A stretch of DNA of 61,730 nucleotides, filler included. It is 4 parts of 4 records of this genome, joined end to end, with 100 filler letters (N's around TTAATTAATTAA, not from the genome) between each part and the next. Parts side by side here need not be neighbours in the genome. Positions count along the whole stretch, not along the records: positions 36,327 to 54,040 come from SRR22947727_2543; 3 more parts are not named here. The stretch is one strand, 5' to 3'. Shown here in pieces: positions 38,090 to 48,301 of this stretch. Under the pieces are notes generated by a model. It ran no database searches and was not told the DNA's origin. It saw nothing but the letters and a program-made list of their open reading frames with translations. The first letter of the stretch is position 1. Every line of letters begins with the position of its first letter. The position numbers and the translations under genes were made by a program.

Positions 38090-39139
38090 ATGGCTGAAAT
38101 CCAGTTGCGTAACCTGTCAAAGCGATGGGGCAGTTTTGTTGGTGTGGATGATTTCAACCTTACCATTGCAGATAAAGAGTTTTTGGTTCTGCTTGGTCCC
38201 TCAGGCTGCGGAAAGACGACCACAATGCGGATGATCGCGGGGCTCGAAGACGCCACGTCGGGTGACATTATAGTGGATGGCAAGCGGATCAACGATCTTG
38301 AGCCAAAAGACCGAGATGTTGCAATGGTGTTTCAAAGCTATGCGCTTTACCCGAATATGAATGTTTATGAAAACATTCGGTTCCCTCTGAAGGTTCGCGG
38401 CACCGACCCCAAATTGCATGATGCAAAAGTGCGCCGTGCCAGCGCAATGGTTGAGTTGGATGAGTTTTTGCACCGGAAACCGGCAGAGTTGTCCGGTGGT
38501 CAGCGCCAGCGTGTGGCTTTGGGGCGCGCGATCGTTCGCGAACCAAATCTGTTTTTAATGGATGAGCCCCTTTCAAATTTGGATGCTAAATTGCGCGTCT
38601 CGACTCGGGCACAAATCAAAAACCTGAGCCATGAATTGAAGGTTACTACAATTTATGTGACCCATGATCAGATCGAAGCGATGACCTTGGCGGACCGTGT
38701 CGTGGTGATGAAGGAAGGGGTGGTGCAGCAGGTTGGCTCGCCCACAGAAATTTACGATCGTCCAGCAAATGCCTTTGTTGCAAGTTTTATCGGAAATCCT
38801 GCAATGAATTTGATTGAAGGTCAGGTGTCGAAAGGAGTTTTCAGCGCTGAGCATACACAGATCGAGGTTGGCGAGGTTCCAGACGGACCTGTCACTTTAG
38901 GGTTTCGCGCCGAAGATGCACAGGTCGTTGAGGTGGATGGCAATATAACAGCACCGATTTATACACAGGAATTATTGGGCGATGCGACCATGGTTTCGGT
39001 GCGCTTATCCGGGGCTTTGGTCGCGGTGAAGGCTGATAAAAATTACCGTGCTGCGATAGAAGATGAGGTTTCTTTTCGGATTCCAACAGAATTGTGTCAC
39101 TTGTTTGATTCTCAAACAGGGGCGCGAATTGGGGGCTAA
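38090..39139 (+). CDS. Carbohydrate-type (CUT1/MalK-like) ABC transporter ATPase
   Basis: GPSGCGKTT, VFQSYALYP, LSGGQRQRVA, MDEPLSNLDAKLR, VTHDQ. Confidence 0.95.
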   Translation: MAEIQLRNLSKRWGSFVGVDDFNLTIADKEFLVLLGPSGCGKTTTMRMIAGLEDATSGDIIVDGKRINDLEPKDRDVAMVFQSYALYPNMNVYENIRFPLKVRGTDPKLHDAKVRRASAMVELDEFLHRKPAELSGGQRQRVALGRAIVREPNLFLMDEPLSNLDAKLRVSTRAQIKNLSHELKVTTIYVTHDQIEAMTLADRVVVMKEGVVQQVGSPTEIYDRPANAFVASFIGNPAMNLIEGQVSKGVFSAEHTQIEVGEVPDGPVTLGFRAEDAQVVEVDGNITAPIYTQELLGDATMVSVRLSGALVAVKADKNYRAAIEDEVSFRIPTELCHLFDSQTGARIGG

Positions 39140-39218
39140 GTCCCTTATAACTGCCGTTTTAGACGGTGCAATCGGATGGCCGGGTTCCAGCACATCCGCA
39201 ACTAGGGAGACAGACAAG

Positions 39219-40448
39219 ATGTTTTTGAAAAAAGTAGCGCTCGTTAGCGCCTTGGCGGTGATGGCGGGAACGTCTTCATTCGCGTGTGAGATATCGGCGC
39301 GGGTGAGTATCGTTGGTAATGAATTTCCTGCGATTCAAACCGTCGGCGCCGGCGCGCAGGAATGCAGCGGTGCTGAGGTTACCACCAATTTGACTAAAGA
39401 CCATCAAAGCCTCAACGTACCAGGTATGCAAGGTAACCCTGCAGAATACACATCTGCAATTGTGGCAAACTCGTCAATTGTGGCTTTGATGAATGAGGAT
39501 GTAATCCGACCCCTCGATGACCTTGTTGCAAAGCACGGCCAAAATCTGCAATCGAGTCAATTGATCAAAGTCGGTGGCAAGGTGATGGCGGTCGCCTTCA
39601 TGGCCAATGCGCAACACTTGATGTATCGCAGTGATGTTTTGGATCAGATCGGCGTGGAACCTCCAAAAAATTATGAAGATATGCTGGCCGCAGCCAAAAT
39701 GATCCGCGATCAAGGGATAATGGAAAATCCGATTGGTGGGGCATATGCAGCCGGATGGAATTTGGCGCAAGAATTCAACAATATGTTTTTGGGTTTTGGC
39801 GGATCACATTTTAAAGCAGGGTCTGCAGAGCCAAACATCAACTCTGAGGCTGGTGTAAATGCTTTGGGGATGATGAAATCTTTGTCAGAATACATGAATC
39901 CCGATTTTTTGACGCATGATTCAAATGCAACAAATGCAGAATACCGCGCGGGTAATATTGCGCTGTTAAACATGTGGGGCTCTCGCGCTGCATCGCAAAC
40001 AACAGCCGAAGGTGTAACGGAAGCCGTGAAAAATGGTCATGCAATCGCGGGTCCGATGACAGTTGGTGGCGGTTCAACCCCAGCCTCAACATTATGGTGG
40101 GACGGCTGGACCGTTGCCAAAAACGTAAGCGATGCTGAAGCTGAGGCTACGTTTGTTGCCTTAACGAATGCAATCCGTCCAGCTAAAATGGAGGATGAGG
40201 CAGTCAGAACGCAAGCCGTGTGGCTGATCGATGGCTACACCCCAACGGATGCTGCCGTCGGCGTATTCGAAGCGGCGAAAATGGCAACAACCCCCTACCC
40301 GATGTTGCCATATATGGGGCTAATGCATTCGGCGCTGGGCAATGAGTTGTCAGATTTCATGCAAGGTAAAGAATCTGCAGAGCAAGCGCTTGCTGATGTC
40401 GAGGCTGCTTATCTTGCTGCTGCAAAAGAAAAAGGCTTCTTGCAGTAA
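39219..40448 (+). CDS. ABC transporter periplasmic substrate-binding protein
   Basis: Signal peptide MFLKKVALVSALAV; family-1 SBP-like C-terminus (GKESAEQALADVE); operon context. Confidence 0.9.
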   Translation: MFLKKVALVSALAVMAGTSSFACEISARVSIVGNEFPAIQTVGAGAQECSGAEVTTNLTKDHQSLNVPGMQGNPAEYTSAIVANSSIVALMNEDVIRPLDDLVAKHGQNLQSSQLIKVGGKVMAVAFMANAQHLMYRSDVLDQIGVEPPKNYEDMLAAAKMIRDQGIMENPIGGAYAAGWNLAQEFNNMFLGFGGSHFKAGSAEPNINSEAGVNALGMMKSLSEYMNPDFLTHDSNATNAEYRAGNIALLNMWGSRAASQTTAEGVTEAVKNGHAIAGPMTVGGGSTPASTLWWDGWTVAKNVSDAEAEATFVALTNAIRPAKMEDEAVRTQAVWLIDGYTPTDAAVGVFEAAKMATTPYPMLPYMGLMHSALGNELSDFMQGKESAEQALADVEAAYLAAAKEKGFLQ

Positions 40449-40454
40449 ATCTTA

Positions 40455-40483
40455 AGGCCAGGGAGTCGTTGGTTCCCTGGCTT
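40455..40483 (+). terminator. Stem-loop after the SBP gene (mRNA stabiliser or partial terminator)
   Basis: AGGCCAGGGA-N9-TCCCTGGCTT. Confidence 0.6.
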
Positions 40484-40502
40484 CAATTGGAAGCCCAAGG
40501 TT

Positions 40503-41531
40503 ATGCGTCACAGTACATTTTTCTGGTTTTTTCTGCCCACGGCAGCGGCAATGCTTTTATTTATTGCATTCCCGATTCTATCGGTCGTGATGCAGTCGAT
40601 TTATGCCCCGCATTCAGCTGTCTTGATTGAAGTTGAAACATGCACGCCGCTGGTGGGTTGCACAATGGAAACCACTGTAGACCAAGAGGCAACCGCCGCG
40701 TTGCGCGCCTCCGAACCACTGGGCCGTTTCGTAGGTTTGGACATTTTTTTCGACCGTGGTCATTTAGCCGTTTCGGAGGTTGCTGGTATGTGGCGCGATA
40801 CAGCCACATGGTCAGGATTTGTTGATGGTTTAAGCAATTTGCCGTTTTACAGGGCTATGGCCTTCACTTTGACATTCACCTTCGTGGTTACGCCGGCCGT
40901 TATTATTTTTGGGCTCTTGATTGCCCTTGCCGTAAACTCTTTACACGCTTGGTTGAAGGGCGTGGTGATCTTCTTCTCGCTTCTGCCCTTTGTGGTTACG
41001 CCTTTGATCGGGGCGTTGGTACTGTTTTGGATGATTGACAGCCGTGGCATTTTGGGCACTGCGTTGCAATGGCTTGTATCAGACCCTGACCTTTCTCTTA
41101 AAGCTTCAACAGGATTGATGTGGATCTCCCTAATTGTCTACGGTATTTGGCATGCAGCGCCGTTTGCTTTTGTTATTTTCTACGCAGGTTTACAAACCTT
41201 GCCGATGGATCAGATTGAGGCTGCAGAAATTGATGGTGCGACGCGCTTACAGCGCATTCGATATGTTGTGGTTCCGCATTTGATGCCGTTGGTCACCTTC
41301 GTGGCCTTGATCCAATTGATGGATAATTTTCGCGTTTTTGAACCGATTGTGGGGTTTAATGCTGCCGCGCATGCGACCAGTATCAGCTGGTTTATCTTCA
41401 ATGATCTGGGTGGAGAAACGCGCCAATTGTCATCGGCATCGGCTTCTTCAGTGCTGACGATTATCGGCGTTTCAATTTTATTGTTGCCGGTTTTGGTGCG
41501 CACATGGAATGATTTCAAAGGGAAAACTTAA
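40503..41531 (+). CDS. ABC transporter permease
   Basis: Multiple TM helices and EAA loop (EAAEIDGA). Confidence 0.92.
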   Translation: MRHSTFFWFFLPTAAAMLLFIAFPILSVVMQSIYAPHSAVLIEVETCTPLVGCTMETTVDQEATAALRASEPLGRFVGLDIFFDRGHLAVSEVAGMWRDTATWSGFVDGLSNLPFYRAMAFTLTFTFVVTPAVIIFGLLIALAVNSLHAWLKGVVIFFSLLPFVVTPLIGALVLFWMIDSRGILGTALQWLVSDPDLSLKASTGLMWISLIVYGIWHAAPFAFVIFYAGLQTLPMDQIEAAEIDGATRLQRIRYVVVPHLMPLVTFVALIQLMDNFRVFEPIVGFNAAAHATSISWFIFNDLGGETRQLSSASASSVLTIIGVSILLLPVLVRTWNDFKGKT

Positions 41532-41532
41532 G

Positions 41533-42414
41533 ATGAGTAGCCGCGCCCGCAAGCAACCCCTTGGCTTGCAAATCTTGATTTACGGATTTGCAGGCCTTTG
41601 GCTGATTATGGCCGCTTTTCCTTTTTTATGGACAGCGTGGGGGAGCTTTAAAGTTGAACTTGATTTTTTCTCTATTGCTGATTGGACTTATGCCTTAACG
41701 GGCGAACGCACCAAGGCCGAATATGGCAGCCCCTTCACGGATGCAGGATATAAGGGCGCATGGGTTCAAGAATCTTTTTACCGAAATGTCATCAACACGT
41801 TCATCATATGTTTTTTTGTGGTTTGTACGTCTCTGACAATCGGAACGTTGGGTGGATATGCGCTGTCGCGTTCTAATTATCGATATACATTTATTTTATT
41901 GATCACGGCTCTGATTTTTCGCGCAATGCCTCCCATCACATTGGTCGCCGGATATATGCTTCCGTTTTTTCAGTGGAATGTATGGGGTTTGATGCCAACC
42001 ACGATTATTGTTCTGGTGGCCATAAATCAGCCTTTCACGCTTTGGATGCTGCATTCGTTTTTTCAAAATATTCCTAAAGAATTAGATGAAAGCGCAAAGG
42101 TTGATGGCTGCACGCAATTCCAAGCCTTTCGGCACGTGATTATTCCGGTGATGTGGCCGGGTGTGATTACCACAGGATTGTTCAGCTTTTTACTGGCCTA
42201 TAATGATTTTGCGGTTACCGCGATGCTTTTATCGGAAGAAAACCGTACGATGGTGCCACAGGTGGCGGCGTTTTTGGGGACAACCTATACAGAGGGTAAC
42301 ATCATGTTTGCGGTGGCTTCTGTGGTCTCAGCTACAGCGCCATTGTTTATCCTGGTGATGTTCTTTCAGCGTCAGATTGTATCGGGCCTGACACAAGGGG
42401 CGGTGAAGGGATGA
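41533..42414 (+). CDS. ABC transporter permease
   Basis: ESAKVDGC EAA-like loop; FFQRQIVSGLTQGAVKG C-terminus. Confidence 0.92.
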   Translation: MSSRARKQPLGLQILIYGFAGLWLIMAAFPFLWTAWGSFKVELDFFSIADWTYALTGERTKAEYGSPFTDAGYKGAWVQESFYRNVINTFIICFFVVCTSLTIGTLGGYALSRSNYRYTFILLITALIFRAMPPITLVAGYMLPFFQWNVWGLMPTTIIVLVAINQPFTLWMLHSFFQNIPKELDESAKVDGCTQFQAFRHVIIPVMWPGVITTGLFSFLLAYNDFAVTAMLLSEENRTMVPQVAAFLGTTYTEGNIMFAVASVVSATAPLFILVMFFQRQIVSGLTQGAVKG

Positions 42415-42547
42415 ACTGCGCGGGTAAGGTTTGGATGTGCCAACAGATAAAGATGAAAGTTGCGGATGCTCAAAAACTCTTAAACAGGAGCTTGGGCGCA
42501 TGAAGGGCACCCGCCCAGAGCAAGCCACGCTTAGCCGCGAGACGGAT

Positions 42548-43039
42548 ATGTCTAAAACAGACGAAACGCGGGCCGTTATCGAGGCCATGGTGGATGGGTT
42601 GAATGATCACCGGATCGCCGATATTGGCGAGTTTTTCAGTGATAGCTTCCGCTGGATGGGCAATGCAGGCTGTGGCACGAAGTTTGGCCTGACAGAATTT
42701 CAGAAAAATTGGCAAAAGCCGTTTCAAGCCGCCTTTTCAGATAAGGTGTGCGTTGATGAAGCACGGCTGTTTATGGGCGAATGGGCGGCGGCTTTCGGGC
42801 GCCAGGAAGCCACCCATAGCGGATGCTTTATGGGCATTGAAGCGACGGGAAAGCGCATTGAAATCCGCTATATGGATTTTTGGAAAGTGGAGGATGGTAA
42901 GATCTCTGACAATTGGGTGATGGTGGATTTCCCCCATGTTCTGGCTCAGCTTGGCCATGATGTGTTTGGCGGCGAAGGTTGGGAAGCTTATGACCGGGGC
43001 GCGCGTCAAGCGCCAAGCCCTGATGGGAAGGATGGGTAA
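42548..43039 (+). CDS. Single-domain SnoaL-like (ester cyclase family) protein
   Basis: [39 protein letters not shown]. Confidence 0.85.
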   Translation: MSKTDETRAVIEAMVDGLNDHRIADIGEFFSDSFRWMGNAGCGTKFGLTEFQKNWQKPFQAAFSDKVCVDEARLFMGEWAAAFGRQEATHSGCFMGIEATGKRIEIRYMDFWKVEDGKISDNWVMVDFPHVLAQLGHDVFGGEGWEAYDRGARQAPSPDGKDG

Positions 43040-43040
43040 G

Positions 43041-44351
43041 ATGACGGTTGAATATTTAAAGCGGGGTAAGCCCGAGGCAGATCGAGCCGAAGATGATGCT
43101 AAAGTGGCCACTGCGGTTGCCACAACGCTGAAAGATATCGAGATGCGCGGAGATGAGGCCGTGCATGAATTGGCGGTAAAATTTGATAATTATGATCGCC
43201 CAACCTACCGCCTCACCGAGGATGAGGTGCAAACGATCATCGCCACAGTGTCAAAGCGCGATATGGAGGATATTAAATTCGCCCAAGAGCAAGTGCGCAA
43301 TTTTGCGCAGGCGCAGCGCGACAGTATGTTGGATATTGAAGTGGAAACGCTGCCTGGCGTGATCTTGGGGCATAAAAACATCCCGGTGCAATCTGTTGGA
43401 TGCTATGTGCCGGGCGGAAAATTTCCGATGGTGGCTTCGGCGCATATGTCGGTTGCCACTGCCAGCGTTGCAGGAGTGCCGCGTATTATCGCAGCCACGC
43501 CGCCTTTTAACGGCGAACCAAACCCTGCGGTGATCGCCGCGATGCATTTGGGCGGGGCGCATGAAATCTACGTATTGGGGGGCATTCAGGCCGTTGGAGC
43601 GATGGCGCTTGGGACGCAGAGTATTGATCCGGTTCATTTGCTTGTGGGGCCGGGCAATGCCTTTGTAGCCGAGGCAAAGCGCCAGCTTTTTGGGCGCGTT
43701 GGGATTGACTTATTTGCAGGTCCCACTGAAACGATGGTGATCGCGGATGACACCGTAGATGCGGAACTCTGCGCCACTGATTTGCTGGGCCAAGCAGAGC
43801 ATGGATATAATTCACCCGCGGTTTTGGTGACCAATTCGCGGAAATTGGCCGAGCAAACATTGGCTGAGATTGATCGCATCCTGCGAATTTTGCCCACCGC
43901 CGGCACGGCGAAAGTGAGCTGGGAAGATTATGGCGAAGTGATCTTATGCGAGACCTATGAAGAAATGCTGCAGGTGGCTGATGATATCGCTTCAGAACAT
44001 GTGCAGGTGATGACGGATCGTGATGATTGGTTTTTGGAACATATGACCTGTTATGGCGCTTTATTTTTGGGTGCCCGCACCAATGTGGCAAATGGGGATA
44101 AGGTGATCGGCACCAACCATACATTGCCGACCAAAAAGGCGGGCCGGTATACGGGTGGCCTCTGGGTTGGAAAATTCCTGAAAACGCATAGCTACCAAAA
44201 GGTTTTAACCGATGCGGCTGCAGCTGAAATTGGTGCCTATGGCAGCCGTTTATGCATGTTGGAAGGTTTTGTGGGGCATGCCGAGCAGTGCAATCTGCGC
44301 GTGCGCCGTTATGGGGGGCAAAATGTGCCTTATGGAGCAGCGGCAGAATGA
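43041..44351 (+). CDS. Histidinol-dehydrogenase-family paralog (HisD/HpsN-like), probably catabolic
   Basis: [45 protein letters not shown]; catabolic operon context with no his genes. Confidence 0.88.
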   Translation: MTVEYLKRGKPEADRAEDDAKVATAVATTLKDIEMRGDEAVHELAVKFDNYDRPTYRLTEDEVQTIIATVSKRDMEDIKFAQEQVRNFAQAQRDSMLDIEVETLPGVILGHKNIPVQSVGCYVPGGKFPMVASAHMSVATASVAGVPRIIAATPPFNGEPNPAVIAAMHLGGAHEIYVLGGIQAVGAMALGTQSIDPVHLLVGPGNAFVAEAKRQLFGRVGIDLFAGPTETMVIADDTVDAELCATDLLGQAEHGYNSPAVLVTNSRKLAEQTLAEIDRILRILPTAGTAKVSWEDYGEVILCETYEEMLQVADDIASEHVQVMTDRDDWFLEHMTCYGALFLGARTNVANGDKVIGTNHTLPTKKAGRYTGGLWVGKFLKTHSYQKVLTDAAAAEIGAYGSRLCMLEGFVGHAEQCNLRVRRYGGQNVPYGAAAE

Positions 44352-45427
44352 ACATGGCAGCGCCGTCTGAAAAATTAAAAGCGGTTTTGTTGCCTTGGCG
44401 CAGAGCGATGGCAGATTTTAAAGATGCGGCGCATATCCGCCATGCATTAACCAATTTATGCGCCCCCGATATCACGCTTCATATGTGTCACCCTTTTGGC
44501 GATCTTAACGGCGCTGATAAAATTTATGATACGATCTATCAGCCTTTGATAACAGCCTTGCCCGATCTTGAGCGGCGCGATTTAATCTTGTTGGCCGGCA
44601 CCACGCCTGAAGGCCAGGATTGGATTGGCACGATGGGCAATTATATGGGCACATTCTTGGCGCCGTTTATGGATATTCCGCCAACTGGGCATTTGGCGCA
44701 TATGCGCTATCACGAGTTTTTTCGGGTTGAAGATGGCCGGGTTGTTGAAATGCAGGTGATTTGGGATTTACCTGAATTGATGATGCAGGCCAAAGCCTGG
44801 CCAATGGCGCCGCAATTGGGTGCATTCTTATGCACGCCCGGGCCGCTTAGTGGTGATGGGCTGAGCGCGTCTGGCGACGGGCGGGCCAGTCTTGAGCATA
44901 TCAAAGATATGGAAACGGCTTTGTGTCGATATCCTGATAATCCGGATCCAAAAGTGATGCAGTTGGATCGCTTTTGGCATCCTCGGTTCAATTGGTACGG
45001 TCCGGCGGGGATTGGCACGGGCCGGGGTATATCTGGGTTTCGCCATTGGCATCAGATCCCTTTTTTGCGCGGAATGCCGGATCGCAAAGTTGATCCAGCT
45101 GGGGATCGCTTAGCTGCACAAGAGATGTATGATTTACATTCCCATTATATCGCAGAAGGGGCCTATGTCTGCGAAACAGGCTGGCCCAATATGCGGATGA
45201 AATTAACTGGTGATGGCTGGATGGGGATCGCTCCAGCGGGCCGCGAAATTACTCTGCGGAGCATTGATTTTTGGCGCTTGGAAAACGGAAAAATCCGTGA
45301 AAATTGGGTTCAAATTGATGTGCCATATACTTATGCGCAATTGGGGGTGGATGTGTTTGAGCGCTTGCGTGAATTCAACAAAGCCCGTTCTATGTCGGCG
45401 ATTTCACTAGATCAGGGGCTGTCATGA
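44348..45427 (+). CDS. Double SnoaL-like (ester cyclase family) protein, paralog of 36965-37972
   Basis: [49 protein letters not shown] overlaps on both sides. Confidence 0.82.
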   Translation: MNMAAPSEKLKAVLLPWRRAMADFKDAAHIRHALTNLCAPDITLHMCHPFGDLNGADKIYDTIYQPLITALPDLERRDLILLAGTTPEGQDWIGTMGNYMGTFLAPFMDIPPTGHLAHMRYHEFFRVEDGRVVEMQVIWDLPELMMQAKAWPMAPQLGAFLCTPGPLSGDGLSASGDGRASLEHIKDMETALCRYPDNPDPKVMQLDRFWHPRFNWYGPAGIGTGRGISGFRHWHQIPFLRGMPDRKVDPAGDRLAAQEMYDLHSHYIAEGAYVCETGWPNMRMKLTGDGWMGIAPAGREITLRSIDFWRLENGKIRENWVQIDVPYTYAQLGVDVFERLREFNKARSMSAISLDQGLS

Positions 45428-46188
45428 CTTTACCCACGATGCCGTCTTTCGATTTAACTGGCAAACGCGCATTGGTCGCTGGGGCCTCCTCGGGCATTGG
45501 TCTGGCTTGCGCTGTGGCTTTGGCTGAGCATGGGGCCGTTGTGACTTTGGCCGCGCGCCGCACCGAACGATTGCAAGCCCTTGCTGCGCGTTTGCAGGCC
45601 GCAGGACGCCATGCAGAGATAATGCAACTGGATGTTGCGGATATTGAAGCCACATCTGTGGCCGTAGCTGCGGCGGGCCCGTTCGATATTTTGGTCAACT
45701 CGGCCGGCTTGGCGCGCCATGGCAAGGCGAGTGATACAACCGTGGTCGATTACGACGCCGTAGCCGAGGTGAATATTCGCGGCGCTTACTTTTTGACTCA
45801 AGCGGTGGCAAAGGGGCTGCTTGGCGCGCAAAAACCCGGCAGCTTGATCAATATCTCAAGCCAGATGGCGCATGTTGGAGGTCTTGATCGCGCCGTTTAC
45901 TGTGCGTCTAAGCATGCGGTTGAAGGGTTTACCAAAGCGATGGCGATTGAGTGGGGGCATGCGGGGATCCGTGTTAACTCGATCTGCCCGACCTTTGTTT
46001 TAACCGATCTGACGCAGGCCACGTTTGAGGATGCTGAGAAACGCGCATGGGTGGAAAGCAAGATCAAATTGGGCCGCGTGGGAACGGTAGAAGATATTAT
46101 GGGGCCAGTTGTATTTCTGGCCTCTGATGCCTCTGCGTTGATGACAGGCGCATCCCTTTTGGTGGATGGAGGCTGGACGGCCGAATGA
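45424..46188 (+). CDS. Short-chain dehydrogenase/reductase
   Basis: GASSGIG, NSAG, SS, YCASK catalytic motif. Confidence 0.93.
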   Translation: MTLPTMPSFDLTGKRALVAGASSGIGLACAVALAEHGAVVTLAARRTERLQALAARLQAAGRHAEIMQLDVADIEATSVAVAAAGPFDILVNSAGLARHGKASDTTVVDYDAVAEVNIRGAYFLTQAVAKGLLGAQKPGSLINISSQMAHVGGLDRAVYCASKHAVEGFTKAMAIEWGHAGIRVNSICPTFVLTDLTQATFEDAEKRAWVESKIKLGRVGTVEDIMGPVVFLASDASALMTGASLLVDGGWTAE

Positions 46189-47201
46189 GCGGACGGATCA
46201 CATCAAGCGAAGTGGCAAAGCGGGCGGGGGTAAGCCAATCTGCGGTGAGCCGGGTGTTCACGCCGGGTGCCTCGGCTTCGGCCAAAACCGTCGAAAAAGT
46301 GCGCCGTATTGCGGATGAAATGGGCTATCGTCCAAATTTCATCGCGCGCGCGATGGTGTCGGGGAAAAGCCGGATTATCGGGCTGGTTGTGGCCTATCTT
46401 GAGAACCAATTTTATCCCGAAGCCTTGGAAAAGCTTTCAAATGCTCTGCAAGAAAAAGGCTATCATGTTTTGATCTTTATGGCGGGCAAAGACAATGCCA
46501 GCATCGAACATGTGATCGAAGAAATTTTGGATTATCAAGTGGATGGTATCGTGACAGCATCGGTGGCGATGTCATCGACTTTGGCAAATCGTTGTCGAGC
46601 CGCCGGGGTTCCCATGGTTCTGTTTAACCGAAGCCAAGATGATACAGGCATGTCTGCGGTGACCTCTGACAATCACGCAGGCGGGCAAAAAATTGCGCAG
46701 CACCTGCTGGCCACAGGGCATCAGCGGATTGGCTATATCGCCGGCTGGGAAGGCGCTTCGACGCAGCGGGATCGCGAGGCAGGGTTTCGCGCAGGTTTGA
46801 ACGCTGCCGGTGTGGCTTTACACGCAAGAGAGATCGGCAATTTCACCATGAACGGCGCCACAGAGGCTGCGCGGCGGATGTTTGCCCACAGTCCACCGGA
46901 TGCGGTATTTGTGGCGAATGACCATATGGCGCTGGCGGTTATGGATACATTGCGGTTTGAGCTTGGGTTAACCATTCCTGATGATGTTTCCGTGATCGGC
47001 TATGACGATGTGCCGGCTGCTGCCTGGCCCGCCTATAATCTCAGCACAGTGCGCCAACCGGCGAACCGGATGGTGGCCGAAACCGTCGCAATTTTGATGG
47101 CGCAAATAGAAAATAAAACCGAGGCGCCCCGCCGCGTTGAAATCGATGGCCCCTTGGTTTTGCGCCGCTCGGTGCGCAGAGTGCGAAGGAGTGAAACATG
47201 A
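46185..47201 (+). CDS. LacI-family transcriptional regulator
   Basis: EVAKRAGVSQSAVSRV HTH, YRPN..AR hinge, IPDDVSVIGYDD. Confidence 0.95.
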   Translation: MSGRITSSEVAKRAGVSQSAVSRVFTPGASASAKTVEKVRRIADEMGYRPNFIARAMVSGKSRIIGLVVAYLENQFYPEALEKLSNALQEKGYHVLIFMAGKDNASIEHVIEEILDYQVDGIVTASVAMSSTLANRCRAAGVPMVLFNRSQDDTGMSAVTSDNHAGGQKIAQHLLATGHQRIGYIAGWEGASTQRDREAGFRAGLNAAGVALHAREIGNFTMNGATEAARRMFAHSPPDAVFVANDHMALAVMDTLRFELGLTIPDDVSVIGYDDVPAAAWPAYNLSTVRQPANRMVAETVAILMAQIENKTEAPRRVEIDGPLVLRRSVRRVRRSET

Positions 47202-48172
47202 AAGGATTTTCCGAACAATGGAGCGATCTTCCAGATTATATTTTGGGGATTACCAAAGAAATTTGGGAAGGCCGCGGCTTGGCCACGCTCAATCATTACT
47301 ATGCTGAGAATATTCCGATGCGTTTCCCCGAAGGTGTTTCGATTGGTAATCAGCGCACGATCAACGGAACTTTATCGACCTTGGCCGAATTTCCCGATCG
47401 TGAATTAACCGGCGAGGATGTAATCTGGTCGGGCAATGAACAAGACGGGTTTTTATCTTCGCATCGTTTGCTGACTATGGGCACGCACACTGGGGGCGGT
47501 TATTTTGGCCCCCCTACCGGTAAGCGCTTTGTCATTCGCGCCATCGCAGATTGTGCGGCGATCAACAATCAAATCAATGATGAATGGCTGATCCGAGATA
47601 CAGCAGGTTTGGTGTTGCAATTGGGTCTTGATCCGAAAGAATTTGCGCATGATCTGATCGTACGAGAAGGGGGGGCAGAACGCTGCGTTACACCGTTCTC
47701 TCCGGCGGTCGATGTTCAAGGGCCTTATAAAAGCCGAGGCAATGAAAACGAGTGGGGCGCGCGGCTATCGGATATTTTGCGCCGGATGATGGAAAAAGAT
47801 TTTTCGGTGATCCGCGCTGAATATGACCGAGCGGTTCAAACGGAACATCCAGGCTCAACCACGGTGCATTCTTGGGCCGATACTGAAAAGCTTTGGATGG
47901 GTCTGCGGGCGTCTTTTCCGAGTGCTGAATTCTCGGTTGACCATCAGATAGGCCGTGAGGATCCGATGCTGTCTCCGCGTGCGGCGGTGCGCTGGAGCTT
48001 GAATGGCACGCATGATGGGTGGGGGATGTTTGGCCAGCCAACGGGCGCTCAGATCCATGTAATGGGCTTTACCCATGCCGAATTTGGGCCTTACGGGCTG
48101 CGCCGCGAATTCACATTGTTTGATCCGGTTTCTATCTGGAAACAAATTTTCATTGCCACCGGGGCCGGATGA
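47198..48172 (+). CDS. Double SnoaL/NTF2-like protein
   Basis: GTHTGGGYFGPPTGKRF...INDEWLIRD and GTHDGWGMFGQPTG...RREF repeats. Confidence 0.8.
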   Translation: MKGFSEQWSDLPDYILGITKEIWEGRGLATLNHYYAENIPMRFPEGVSIGNQRTINGTLSTLAEFPDRELTGEDVIWSGNEQDGFLSSHRLLTMGTHTGGGYFGPPTGKRFVIRAIADCAAINNQINDEWLIRDTAGLVLQLGLDPKEFAHDLIVREGGAERCVTPFSPAVDVQGPYKSRGNENEWGARLSDILRRMMEKDFSVIRAEYDRAVQTEHPGSTTVHSWADTEKLWMGLRASFPSAEFSVDHQIGREDPMLSPRAAVRWSLNGTHDGWGMFGQPTGAQIHVMGFTHAEFGPYGLRREFTLFDPVSIWKQIFIATGAG

Positions 48173-48301
48173 GAATGGAAAACCCAGATGGCAAGCGCCT
48201 CTTTGAAGCAAAGACAAAAGGTTTTCACACCCTGCAGCACGCCGTTCTAGCCAGGTTTAGCCTGCATATGAGCGCGCTTCTGCTACAGCCCCGTTAATTT
48301 A

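Noticed and set aside
43041-44351. Calling the gene hisD or hpsN and the cluster a DHPS pathway
   Set aside because: There is no his operon context, the motifs differ from my recollection of both enzymes, and the transporter and accessory genes differ from hpsKLMNOP. No symbol was assigned.
43507-44475. 322-aa minus-strand ORF, and the 345-aa ORF at 58273-59310
   Set aside because: Both are antisense shadows of well-supported genes in GC-rich sequence and have no protein-like motifs.
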